From Sphagnum compactum (Eukaryota), in contig OZ234494.1 in the NCBI GenBank assembly GCA_965153455.1, positions 10,230,001 through 10,294,000 on the forward strand: DNA of 64,000 nucleotides, written 5' to 3'. The notes beneath the pieces were generated by a model. That model was not told where the DNA came from. It made no database searches and saw only the letters and a program-made list of their open reading frames with translations. The position numbers and the translations under genes were made by a program. How positions within the stretch are numbered: the stretch's first letter is position 1; each line of letters opens with the position of its first letter. Positions 51,445-64,000 of the stretch are shown here, piece after piece.

Positions 51445-52161
51445 TTAATTTGCATGTATTTGCAGTTGTTCCTGGGACATGCTTTAAGTTCTTAGGAGCA
51501 TAATACTTCCAAACTAGGTCATTAATAATCATAATCTAGCCCGTGTACACATGATCAAGAAGATGTACTCAGGTGGCTGTGATTGTGAAGTAGTCAACAC
51601 CCAGTATTGGTGAAGACCTTTGATACAAAAACCACAGTCTAGTGGGAGCTTCATATTGAAGGAGGATGCAGTGCAACTGAGATTTTTTCTTTTGCATCAT
51701 GCAACAAGTAAACCATCCTCACCCAGCAACAGTCTAAAAACCTGAAGACCTTTCTTCATTCTGTTTTTTGTTGTGCAGCTTGCTTAAGAGTGACAGCAGA
51801 CTGCATATTTACCTTTTTCAAAGAGTTCAAAGCCTGTTTCCATTATTTACTGGTAGCTATTGTTTGAGGCTTTCCATTGATAACCACTGAGTGACCTGAA
51901 GCAAAACTGCCATTTCAAATCCTTCTTTATATATATGAGCCACTCTCAAATCCTTTTATTTATGAGCAACTCTTGAAGTTCCAAGAGTTGTGCCAAGTAC
52001 CTCTGTAGTATCCTCCCTGAGTCAAGCATACATTCAGATTTCAAATTCTAGGCCAAACGTGGCAAACATCTAACCCCTTCTTTGTTCAAATTTTCTGAGT
52101 GAGTGAGTGAGTGAGTTGAAGAAACTGACAGCTCCACATTCACATGACTTGTGCAACTGGC

Positions 52162-53057
52162 TTATTCAAAAAGTGACAGAGGGATTTGAATAGAAAGAAC
52201 TTGTGTAGTAATAGAGATGTTCTTTTGAATGGCTGCCAAATGGATGGGATGCTCTTGGTAAAGCTTCAGAGCGGCCGCATCAGGGAAGTCAATAATCAGC
52301 ACCACATCTGCTGATCCATATGTGCCTGTCCATAATGCATCACACCATCAGCCTGATATGACTAAGACAAAAAAGATGTCCTATGGTGACATGGAAGGCT
52401 TATTTTGCTCTGTCCTATGGCCTGATGAACTTCGCCAACATGAACTAAGCATGGAACTGGAACTAGTCAAAAGAAAATCATGTCGAGAGACAAAAATAGA
52501 ACTTTTAGAAAGAGTTTTGGGCACAATTGTCAAGCTCAAAACCCCAAAAAGTCACTGAGCTCGAAAACACTCTGGAACACTTTTACCACAGAAACTTCAA
52601 ACCTCTCCTCTATTCTACCAGAGAAGAAAGGGAAAAAAAAACTCTGGAAAACTACAATCACAGAATTTCAAACCTTTTTTCCAATTCTGCCAAAGAAGAA
52701 AGACAGCACTCTGGAAAACTATAGTTACAGAACTTAAAACCTCTCCTCCGATTCTACCAAAGAAGAAAGAAAACACTCTGGAAACTCGACAACCACAGAA
52801 CTCCAAACATCTCCTCCAATTCTACCAAAGAAGAAAGCGACAAATTTGTCTCATTCTCCCAATGCGACAAATTCAGTTGTGGACAGAAATGGTATGAGCA
52901 AAAGGGAGGGAACAAAACCTATGTTCTCCGAGATGATGAAAGACAGTATGGGCACATCAGACTTGAGAGACTCGCGCACTTCCTTGAGCTCTTCCACACA
53001 AATTGATACATCCTCCTTCTTGCCCACCTTCAGTAACACTATGTGTCTTAGAGCCAT
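52162..53057 (-). CDS. Dabb / stress-responsive alpha-beta barrel domain protein, 100 aa
   Basis: Exons 53057-52919 (MALRHIVLLKVGKKEDVSICVEELKEVRESLKSDVPILSFIISENI) and 52325-52162 (GTYGSADVVLIIDFPDAAALKLYQEHPIHLAAIQKNISITTQVLSIQIPLSLFE*), joined by a phase-1 GT-AG intron. Dabb signatures RHIVL.K and F.D...L..Y..HP.H. Confidence 0.85.
52565..52840. repeat. Tandem repeat, ~68-bp unit x4, in the Dabb-gene intron
   Basis: ctctggaa.act...cacagaa.ttcaaacctctcctc..attctaccaaagaagaaag at ~52570, 52642, 52709 and 52776. Confidence 0.85.
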
Positions 53058-53329
53058 ATTTCTATAACACTTTAAAAACTTACAAAACTGTTTTTTGGCC
53101 TTTCTTTTTGTGTATCAGGCAGGTCCCAAGTCTCAACTATAAAAGAAGGATAGATAGTTGGGGTGTGTTTGGTAGCAGGCAGCTGAGAAGTGATGATTGA
53201 GTGACTCCTCTACTACTCTTAGAGATTATTGCTAGATACTAAATGCTCAGATGGGTACACCTTCCTTTCACATAAAAAGGCTCAAAACTTTCGAGTTTTA
53301 ACCACTAAAAGTTGCACGCAACATCATCA

Positions 53330-53961
53330 TGTAGATTGAGATTCTTTCTAATTCTTTGACTTTTGGCTGTTGTGCCCCCTTGAGTCCTTTCACCCGAAAC
53401 AACTACTACTAGCCTTGTGCAACTTGGACATTCCGTAGATTGAGACTCTTTCCATGTGACTGATTGTTGGTCCTCCTGGTCCTTTCACCCGAAACAACTA
53501 CTACTAGCCTTGTGTAACTTGGACATGCTGTAGATTGAGACTTGTTCCATGTGACTGATTGTTGGTCCTCCTGGTCCTTTCACCCGAAACAACTACTACT
53601 AGCCTTGTGTAACTTGGACATGCTGTAGATTGAGACTTGTTCCTTTTGACTGATTGTTGGCCCTCCTGGTCCTTTCACCCGAAACAACTACTACTAACCT
53701 TGTGCAACTTGGACATGCTGTAGATTGAGACTCGTTCCTTTTGACTGATTGTTGGCCCTCCTGGTCCTTTCACCCGAAACAACTACTACTAGCCTTGTGC
53801 AACTTGTACATTCTGTAGATTGAGACTTGTTCCTTTTGACTGATTGTTGGCCCTCCTGGTCCTTTCACCCGAAACAACTACTACTAGCCTTGTGCAACCT
53901 GGACATTCTGTAGATTGAGACTCGTTCCTTTTGATTGATTGTTGGCCCTCCTGGTCCTTTC
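53330..53961. repeat. Tandem array, exact 95-bp period x6 plus a degenerate leading part-unit, upstream of the Dabb gene
   Basis: cacccgaaacaactactact begins at 53391, 53486, 53581, 53676, 53771 and 53866. Confidence 0.95.
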
Positions 53962-54119
53962 CTGGCAGGCCTTAACTTCGGAGCCTGCGATGCCCTTCCA
54001 ATGGCATCTAGCCCTTCCAGTCAAGGGTAAAAAGTTGTGGGACCCCTTGTCACATGTGAAGTCCAACATTTTGTTCACTCTTTCAATGTGAAGGGCACTT
54101 GTTGGAAAAAAAAACAAGG

Positions 54120-54360
54120 GTAGAAACCCTGCAAAGCTTTATTAAAAAACACACCCTAGATTAGGAAAATGTATAAAGGCGTAAGAAAAAGGAGAAATTA
54201 CAGAAGTCAAGCTGGCTCAAAGTAAATGTCAAAATCTCTCCATGTCCAGAACTGATCGCCTGTAATAGGTCGACCATATTTCTCCATGTCAAAAATCGAC
54301 GACCTGCAATAGGTCAGCCATGATGATGGGAAGTGTGTCCTGAAGGGGTGAAAGTCAGGG
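54120..54360 (-). mobile_element. 5'-truncated 3' end of a CRE-like non-LTR element
   Basis: Minus strand LSPLQDTLPIIMADLLQVVDF* followed by a tail ending ...gcagggtttct. This resembles the C-terminus and tail of 55620-55895 and the tail at ~10770. Confidence 0.5.
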
Positions 54361-55619
54361 GAAAAAAAGCTTCACAAAACTTCATAAGAAAATCAAGAGA
54401 TGTTAATTGAGATTGAATACACTTTGTTGTTTTATAACATGCATTATCATTTATGGGGCTTGCACCAATTGTTGGATTGGGAGAAAATATACTTTTGTAT
54501 GAAAAGATGTGAAAGACAAGAAGGTCCTAGGAGATATAGTCAATAATTTTTCTATGGCAAAGAAAACTATAGATTTTTCAAAATATGTAGCTTTTTCATA
54601 TGTATTAATTCTTTTATCAAGGAAGGGCTTAGAAAATTTGTAACTTCCGATGAGCCCTCAAGAGCTGAAGCCTTTTTCAAAACTATTTTATCTCTATTCA
54701 AAGACTTCATTAGAAATTTGGTCCAATCTACTCATTTATATAAATGTGATTGCAATTGATTAAAAAATTCAATCAAAATCAAGCAAGGGCTGATGACATA
54801 GCAAAGCTAGATTGAGGTCCAAGCTAGTGCTACTTGAGGTTGGATCTAAAGTTTTGCCGACCAAACACAAATTTTTGACATGATAATAATGCATGCATCT
54901 TAATATGGCACTCAAAATGACCAAGGAAAGTACTCATAAGACAAAATTCAAGCAAAAATGCGAAATTTCAAGTAAGAATGAAACCTTTCAATTTTTGGAA
55001 TGTGAATTTAAGGATTCTTGGAAATTACTACAACATTAATGACTACAACATTACATCTATTGAAACTTTTTATTATTATTTTATTGATTATTCAACCCTT
55101 AGGTCTTTTCACTTGAAAGGACTAACTATCACATTTGATGTGACCATTTGACATTAATCCGGAGAGGAAATGGAAGTTCAAAAGAAAAGGATATAAGTCC
55201 AGGTTCATTTGTTACAAATCATATGTCAATAGAAAAATCCATAAAGTGACCCTGATTTGGGATTCTCATTTCACCCCCTAACCCCTATTTCAACTTGAAA
55301 CCTTGTCATTCACAAAATGAAGGAATTTTATTGAATCAAGGGTGATACTTTGTACCACAATATTTAATGCACAGGATTCAAAATAATTGTGGCAATAGTA
55401 AGCATTGCAAGAATGAAGGTGTTCAAGAAAAGAAAAAAAAAGGTGAAACTTAATTTACCTTAAATTTTGTGCTAATTTGAGGTTCACTTTATTTCATTCC
55501 ATTTTTAAACGCAATTTTTTTTTAAAATAATTTAATGTCATCCCCTTTAATGACCAAACTCAGGGTATTGATACTAAATTTCAATCGTTTTATGGATATT
55601 TTTAACATCTAAATATTAA

Positions 55620-55895
55620 TAGTGAAAACCTTAATTCAACTACCAATTAGTTCTAACAAACTAGCAATGAGAATGGAAGGTGGGTCGAGAAAGGTCAAAG
55701 TCAAAAGGTAATTTAATCCACTGTTATGGTTGCACTTAAGATGGAAGATAATTGGATGTTTTGTAGGGTATTGGAAATTCATTGATGAAAGAAAATGATC
55801 AAAATAAGAATTGGAAGCCCCTTTGGCCCTTTCATTTCCCAAGTTGCATTATTGTAAATGTGTAAGAAAAAATTCACTTGTTTGTGCAAACATTC
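55620..55895 (-). mobile_element. Degenerate 3' fragment of a CRE-like non-LTR element
   Basis: Minus strand CLHKQVNFFL...ATWEMKGPKGLPILIL..FFHQ*ISNTLQ parallels YLHQQVDEFF...MVWGVKDTKGPSLLVL..FYKQRVLMALQ at 10380-10515. Ends aaggttttca. Confidence 0.6.
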
Positions 55896-56265
55896 AACTT
55901 TGATTGGCCCATCACTAAAAACCCTTTGAAACTACTCCCAAGTCCAATAAAAACTTGACACATTTTTATGTTGTTTTACATGGCTAAATATAACCATGTA
56001 AGTGTATTTGTTTTACAATGACACGTAATGGTTTTACATGACACAAAATGAATTTACATAGCTTTACACTTACACATCATGAGTTGCACTTACACATCTT
56101 GAAGTATAAATTTACACTTACATAAATGTAAATGGACTTTATATATTACATTTACACATAATGTAATAAATTTCATTATAACATTTACATTTACACAAAA
56201 TGTAAGTCTTAAACAAAACACATGCACAACATTGGTGTGAACCCCATCTTTGGAAATGACAATGT

Positions 56266-58547
56266 CACTAGAAGAAATATGAAGATATGCAACCATTTTA
56301 TTTGCAACTACATCGACTATACATGTCATTTGCGACGATTTTTACAACTACTTGCCAACTTCACCAAATTTGAAGAGGTTTTCGATCCTATACTGCAACT
56401 AATGTGCAATTGTTATTTTTTTCATCCTTCTATGTGAATGTTTCTAAGATTATATTCATTCATGAATAAGCCCCCATGGCCCATTTGTTGCATGTGTAAC
56501 CAAAATTTAATCACAAATTTATGTACAATGTGTATTATGAGCATGATAAACATACATATTTGGGGTTGTACAATTAAAAAGTCTATTTAGACTATAATAA
56601 ATATGTATTATGAATATTATCTACATATTTGTACGGTTTACTATAATTTTTTTGTGAAAAATACATTAAGGGTATATTAAAGGTGTAAAAAACTGATTTA
56701 AATTATATCTACTATTTTTTTTCTTATCAATAATTATGATGCAATTAATTACTATTGAATAATCATTTAATTAATATTAATTAGTTATTAATAGTTGATC
56801 ATTAGTAATTAATAGTTAATATTGAAATATTCGAAATTAAATATTAATAAAATTCAAAGTCATTAATATTAACTAATTATTTATTTAATCTTTATAATTA
56901 CTTATAATCTATTTCGTCATTAAAATTAAATGTGTGTTATTAAACCAAACCTAGTTATTAATCAATTGATATTTAATATTTAATAAAAAAATTAGCTTAA
57001 ATTATTTATTAAATATTTAATAATTAATTAAATATTATTTAATAAACTAAAACTAGTTGTTAATCAATTGATATTAAGTAATAAATAATAAATAAATTAT
57101 GATTATTAATTAAATGGTTTGTCATTAATTAAATACTAGTTAATTACTCAATTAATTATTTATTTATGATTTTAAATAATAAATAATTATTTATTTCATA
57201 TTGATATTTTATTAATTATTAAATAATAATTGATCATTCATATTTATTAATTCATTAATTTTAGTTAATGATGGATTTCTACTATTGATTAATTAATTAC
57301 TTAATAACAACTTCTAATTAATATTTGATGCCATTACTACATGTTATTATTATTAGGTACATAAGTAATAAGTAGATAAGTAGGTAGGTAATAGGTAAAT
57401 AATAAAGTAAATAGGTTGTAGGTAGATAGGAAGTTAGTGAATTAGTTAGTTAATGAGTGAATTATTTACTTATGGAATTGACACAATTGAAAAAAATGAA
57501 GCCACACAATATGGGATAAAAAATCTAATCACGACCTAATTGCAAATTATTTGCAATTAAGTTGCAACTAGATTTTTTATCCCATATTGTGTGCTTCCTT
57601 TTCAAGTGTGTCAAATATATAACTAGATGCACTATAAACATTACAATACACAAGATTTAACAAATGGGATGAGCCAATTGAAGAAACTTAACCTTAAATT
57701 GGTTAAATCCAAAATAAAATTAAAAAATTAAAAAATAATCTTACTTATTTCAACCTACTTACCTATCTCAGTGTACTTACCTACCTACCCACCTAGGTCT
57801 ACTTACCCACCTATTAATCTAAGCCTACCTACCTACTTACATAGGTATACTTACATACATACCTACCTACTTAAACCTACTTACCTACTTACCCACCTAG
57901 GTCTACTTACCTACTTACTAATATAAGCCTACCTACCTACATAAACCTACTTACATACCTACCTACCTACTTAAGCCTATTTACATACTTACCTACCTAC
58001 TTAAGCTTGCTTACCTACCTACTCACCTAGGTATACTTACCTACCTACTTATCTAGGCCTACTAACCTACCTACTTACCTACTTATCCTAAGCTTCCTTA
58101 CCTACCCACCTATTTTATTTTAAAGGTTTGAAAAATCATAAATGTTACCACGAAGCACAAAATTATTTGTCCATGTATATGAATCAAAGACCTTAAAAAA
58201 TAAATAGTTGAGATTAAATTTTTGGTAATAAATTTGATTAATTTAATATTCTTTGAATATGTCATGTGATAACATGACATTGGTCATTAAAAATTGGTAA
58301 CTAGTTGCATGATAGTTGTGTGATAGTTGCATTTGCTATATGGTCAACAAATGAAAAATATAGTCAACTCAAATACATATTTCATCCATTGTCTATGTGA
58401 TGACATCATCATGACATAGGCATTTGCAACTAATGTTTCATACAATTTGTCCAACACAATTGCAAGTCATTTTAGTTGCAAATGTCAAACTTACAACTAA
58501 AAATTAGTTGCAAACTAAAGTCAAAAATATGCAAAAATTTTATAGCG
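56266..58547. mobile_element. Probable non-autonomous CACTA-type element related to 47595-48997
   Basis: Starts CACTAGAAGAA and ends TTTTATAGCG (degenerate TAGTG). Subterminal gcaact/agttgc repeats and a long TACC microsatellite (~57755-58110). TSD not preserved. Confidence 0.5.
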
Positions 58548-59294
58548 AATTAACATTATAATTGTATTTAGGAGCTTCTATTTTATCTATTGGAAACTCT
58601 ATTAATGCCACCACATTTGTTCATATGTTCTCATCTTGGCATGATTATTCGTTCTATTGTTGAACAATTACATCACCCATCCATCAATTTCTAGCACATT
58701 GCTTTAATCCTTTGAAGTCTGAAATAATGGAAATCAAATTTGTAGATAATGAAAGGATCAACTATTCAATCAAAGCATAAAATAAACCTATGAAAACAAT
58801 TATATAAAATAATAAAGAAATACACGAATTATTCATGTTATTTGGGGTCCACACAATTGCATACACCAACCAATAAATGATCAATAATATGATGATCTTG
58901 TGAAAATAATAATGGATTACACAATTATCAACAATATTTGAAGCCCAAAATGGAAAATATAACTTGTGAATGCATGAAGTGGCCTTGGGCAATATGAACT
59001 ACCAACTTGATGATTTTGGAAACAAATAAATATGAATTCAAAAGTAGAATGATTTTTTCAATTGAAATGTTGAGGTATATAAATAGTGGGAGGTTGAGAA
59101 AATAACAATGTATTGTTTGCAAAATAAAAGGTGATTAATTTCAAATTTTATTTCAAAAACAAACTTCATATGAAATAGGTGAATAAGAATCCATTGAAAT
59201 ATGAAATCTCAAATTTGAAATAAATTCCCCCAAAAACAAAATGATGTGCTTACAAAATTGTTTTTGTCCCTTGTATGTGCAAAGGATGATACAT

Positions 59295-59715
59295 TATAAA
59301 AGTTGTGAACTACTCGAAAAACCAAACTGGAACGAGGACCCGAAGGAGGCCCAAGAGTTAAAGAAAGAAGGGCCTCCATCATGTTGAAGGATAGGGCTGA
59401 AGAAGGAAAAGAAAAACAAGGGAAAGAAAAAGGGAAGAAGGGAAGAAAAAAAAAAGGAAAAAGAATTGAAGGAAAAGAAAAAAAAAGGAAAAAGAAAATA
59501 GGAATGAAAAAAGGGAAGAAACATATAAATAAAGAAGAAAAGAAAAGGAGAAGAAAGAAAAAATATATATATAAAGAAAAAAATAAGAAAGAAAGAAAGA
59601 TGGGAAAAAAAACCTACTTCAAATTGTCGTGCTCACTCCAACCCTTGGTTGTTAGGCACATCTTTCTCCTTCACCTCCTTGATGTTCCTCTTGCCATCAC
59701 CAAGACTTGGTTGCC
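59295..59715. repeat. Inverted copy of the dispersed repeat at 5500-5805, with an expanded purine tract
   Basis: Flank similarity described under 5500-5805. The K/E-rich ORF here comes from the GAAA tract. Confidence 0.65.
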
Positions 59716-61274
59716 CTCCTTTTGCACTCCTTTCTAGATACGTGAATTCAGCTTCGTTGGGAGTAGCCGCAAGATTGGGTGTAACTATGCCCTAAACATG
59801 GAAGTTTGTCATATATTCGTGATGCAACAATAGAAACCATACCTTGGCATCTTCATTTGCAAGTTTTCACCGTCATTTGATCAAAAGGTTAAACCATGTT
59901 TTGTTTACATTTACATATCAAACATCAACAAGAAGGAGATGAAACACATGCTAGAAAAATGCCTACCACATACTTGACACAAAAATGTTTACCACCGTGG
60001 GTGCCATGACAAAGCCATTTTCTTCTCTTGTTCCCTAAAAAGGCTTTTGGAACAAGCATGGAGCCTATATAAGATCATCTTGACTTTTGAGAAACTGATA
60101 TAATTCAAAAATCTTGGCTCCCCATGAAGATGCATTAATTATCTAAATTAGGCTGATTAATTCAAATTAATATTTATTTATTCAGTTTAATTAATCAGTT
60201 CATAATATATGTTATTCTTATAATCTTCCATAAACATGTACAAATTATGTAACATGTGAAAATGGCCCCAATTCCTAATTTGATAATTGTGAGCTTATGC
60301 TATAACATGATTGTTTTATGTTTTATGTGCAAGAGAAGGATCTATCTTTAGACCTCTTATGCAATTTGAGGTTCCTATTACAAGGCCGGTTGTCAAAAGT
60401 TGAAAGGCAAATGTCAAACAATAGACCTCTCCCCATGTAATATGTCTCATTATCTAATTTCAAATTGCCATTTTTATGCAATACATGCTATAGTAAACAC
60501 CACATATTGTACATTGCAATAGATGAAATCACAAAATTTATCTCATGAATAGCTCACACATGTCATGATGCATGACTTTTTGATGATAAAAACCATGTTC
60601 TTCTATACTGTGTTTACTGGTTGTCATCAAGATATAACACTAAGATAATAAATTTGCCTTATGTAAGTGTTCATCAATATTTTTGTAAATGTTAATTGAT
60701 TAGTTCTTAACTAATTACTAGTTATTATGAATTAGTCATTTGAATTACACTTAATGTTAAGTAACTAGGTTAAATACTAGTAATGTATAAAGAAGTTAAC
60801 ATTAATTTTTTTTCATTTCTATTCATTTGTAATACATGCGTGTTGTTTTGTTAACTTTTGAATTTGAATTTATGAATCTAATTTGAATAGCATAAGCATC
60901 AAAAAAATAGTAGATTTGTGTATTCATGCTTGAGAAGTTGAAATAATAAAAGTTTAATTTGAATTGTACAAGGATGAAAAATATTTTTTGTATGATCTTT
61001 GTCAAAGCTTAGACAATAGTCCATTATCAAAGTGTTTAAGTTAAATTTTTTCAATGAACTAATTGGGTGCAAGCACAATCCAACAAGTCAAAAAGGGCAT
61101 CAAATTGCAAAGAAACAATCAAAATTGAATAAATATTTATGTTTTGCTATTTAAAGTCATGGCATTCATGGCAAGTTGTTGTTTTTTCATTCATATGAAT
61201 GTCAAGGAATTCAAATCAAAAATCTATTTAATGAATTTTAAATTTAAGTTTTAATTTACAACCTCTAAAAATGA

Positions 61275-63480
61275 ACACCTATGGCGTGAGACAAAAGTCA
61301 ATTCACCATGCCAAAACATGGCAAATATGACTACACCCATAATTACGTTTGTAATCATGAATACCATTCATGACTACATAACTATGTAGTCCATATGGGG
61401 TCCAACCACATTATTAGGAGCCACAGGTACCCCCTTAGACCATTTCTTTATTCTTAAAATATTTTTAATATGTCTTTAACAAAAACATTAAAGTTTTTAA
61501 AGTTTTCTTAACATTATTATGTTAGGTTGTATATTTAAAAAATCCCAAAATATGTCATTACAAAAAAAATTTCAAATTGTGCTTTTAATGTCAAAACTGT
61601 TTTTAAGCTACTTTTATGTCTTTTATGTAGCTTTTAAACAATTGTTCCAAGAGGTTAAAAAAATTTATATGTATTTTTCACTCATTAAATTTATTCCAAT
61701 TTTTTATGATATGTACATAATGTATTCACAATAAAAAATTTTAAAAATAATTCTATTTATTTATTTTCATTTTTTTACAATCCAAAGTTCAAAAAATTAA
61801 GTAATGGTTATGACTGCTTTTGGTACATGTTAATATGACTACACCCATGGACATGTCGTTTATCCACTACTCGTATTTTTGTCCTAGTCGTAAATTCCAT
61901 GGAATATATTGTATATTTATAAACTGAAATATATTTATAAATGACCATTTGGTAGGTAGGTAGCCAGGTTGGTAGGTAGGTAGGTAAGTAAGATCCTATT
62001 TATTTTTTGGTGACAAGCCTTTTTTATTGGCCCATCACAAGTAATATTTGCACTTCAAATGTATGTAGTGCATGTATTATCTATAGATTGATATTTTTTC
62101 ACCTACTTATATAGTTTACAAAGTTAAACTTGTTAACAAAGGATATGGGATAAATTTACAACATTATGCTAGATCATCCTTTGTCCCATACAAAAATACC
62201 CAACTTTGACCATTATTATTTTTTTCATATTTTGTCCAAATGAAAAAAATAAAATACATTCTTACAAAAAAATTCAAGATCTACAGACTATTTTTAAAAA
62301 ACCAAAATATCAAGTAATTTGACTAAAAACGCATTTGAATCTTCACTATTTCATACATTTGAACAACAATGATATCTTGAGGAACAATTTGTAAATAATA
62401 AAATATGTTTATAAACATAATTTAAATGAACATGGCATATATATGTGTGTGTGTGTGTGTGTATGTATTTATGTATGTATAATATTTCCCCATCTTTTAA
62501 AAATATACCGAATAAATAACAAAGGCATAAATGTTGTGCTATATTTTTTTAATTATAAAAAAATAAAATATGTTATCTATGAAACATATAATATTATTTT
62601 TCAACATTTTAAAATTTTATTAAAAAATATTTAAATCATTTAAATGTCATAATTTTTATCAAATTTTATTGTGGGTGGTAAATTTTAATTTTTTAAAAAT
62701 TTTCTTTTCAATTCATTAAATGTGATTCAATATAAAATATTAAAAATTTCAAGTTGTATGACCAAATACTTTGATAAATTATTAAAGATCAAATTTTATA
62801 TTTTTTGCTACCCATGACATGGAAACATGAGAAACAATGTCATTTTGGGGCATGTGGATCTCTTTTGAAATTTGTTGGATATCATTAATAAAAATATATA
62901 TTTCATTATTTAATGACAAAAATTCAAAAATATATATTCATTTAAATAAACATTTGAGCAAGAGTCTCAATTTAAAAAATTTAATTATATTCGAGGCATC
63001 AATTTTTTATTTAATTTTATGGTTTCAAAAACTTTGGCAATTTGTTTTCCTTTTTTTGGGAATTTTTTTAAATGAAAGAAATTCCCCCAAATTTGTTTTT
63101 AGTCACTATCTAAAAGTCACATTAAATAATTAGTGATTCTAAGGCAAAAGCTTTTTAAATTATAAAGGTATTAATTATTTATTTGTGCACTAATTATGTG
63201 TTTAATCATCTACAAGTTTATAATATGCTTACTAGGTACGTATGTCTACTTTCTAATTTTTTTCCCTTTTAATTCATAAGATTTTAATGTTTCAAATTAT
63301 ATTTATTAAATAATTATATGGTTGTCATGAAAAAGGTTTTTAGTCATGTAATCATATCCATGAAAACTTTTAGTCATGTAGTTATATCCATGGTTACAAA
63401 AATATGACTAGGCACAAAAACATGACATATATGACTATATGATTAGAAAATGGTCACTAGTCAAATTTATCCTAGTCGTA
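61275..63480. mobile_element. Possible decayed CACTA-like non-autonomous element
   Basis: Clusters of atgact/agtcat motifs at both ends (61320-61400 and 63340-63470) and a GGTA tract at ~61950-61990. Termini are degenerate. Confidence 0.35.
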
Positions 63481-64000
63481 TATGTCAAGTTTTGGCGTAT
63501 TGATTTTGCAAAGGATTATCAAAAGGACTCATATAATAAAACACATTTGATGGAAAAAAATTAAGAAGATAAAGATGTATTAACTACATTGAAAAAACAC
63601 TCATACCTTAAAATATGTGGAATTTTAAAACTTTAAAAAATCAAAGAACTTTCCAAAATTGATCCAAATTTTAAAACTTTGAAAGTTTTTTACCACATAT
63701 AAATGAGGTATAATCTACATGATGTGTTAAAAAAAGTTGTAACTCATCATTAAAAAAAACATAATAATGTAGAAAATGAATTTTTGGTTATGATTTGAAA
63801 TTGTTATCATTTTTATAAATAGAACACTAAATTTACAAGGAATTAGAACACTTTCAGATTTTCATATTTATTCGAAAATGATAAACAGAAAAACATGTCA
63901 TGTATTGGGACAACTGCAAGCATTTATTTTAACAAATTACAAAAACAATTGTTCCAAAATTCATTCATATGAAAAAAAAAAGTTAGGAAAAAGGACCATG

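Noticed and set aside
53330-53961. CRISPR array or tandem hammerhead (ctgattg...cgaaac) in the 95-bp repeat
   Set aside because: Whole units are repeated with no unique spacers, the context is eukaryotic with no cas genes, and CUGAUUG breaks the CUGANGA core with no convincing stems.
59381-59737. Lys/Glu-rich 118-aa ORF (and similar ORFs at 5505-5805)
   Set aside because: Translation of low-complexity purine/pyrimidine tracts in a dispersed repeat.

Overview
Eukaryotic, intron-containing, AT-rich plant genomic DNA. The repeat landscape and gene style suggest a bryophyte, probably Sphagnum (inference, not proven). Spliced genes reconstructed by hand: an NSRP1/CCDC55-like gene (+, 4 exons); two inverted, convergent copies of a secreted ferritin-like di-iron protein resembling fungal Rds1 (18420-20077 + and 30930-32580 -); a TMEM97/EXPERA membrane protein (+, 3 exons); a 100-aa Dabb stress-responsive A/B-barrel gene (-, 2 exons, second exon missing from the ORF track); and one SPATA20/YyaL-like exon at the left edge. 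The rest is mostly decayed and nested transposons: a CRE-like non-LTR element split by two solo LTRs, a piggyBac relic, an endonuclease-bearing Helitron holding a MITE, a Ty3/Gypsy relic holding a CACTA-type element, a Tourist-like MITE and several tandem arrays. Best leads: (1) the apparently fungus-derived Rds1-like pair with ABRE-type promoters and a gene-conversion signature; (2) a strongly structured, non-coding, SINE/Penelope-like element present twice with 15- and 17-bp target-site duplications; (3) a Dabb gene that looks more microbial than plant-like. All family assignments come from motif recognition, not database searches.
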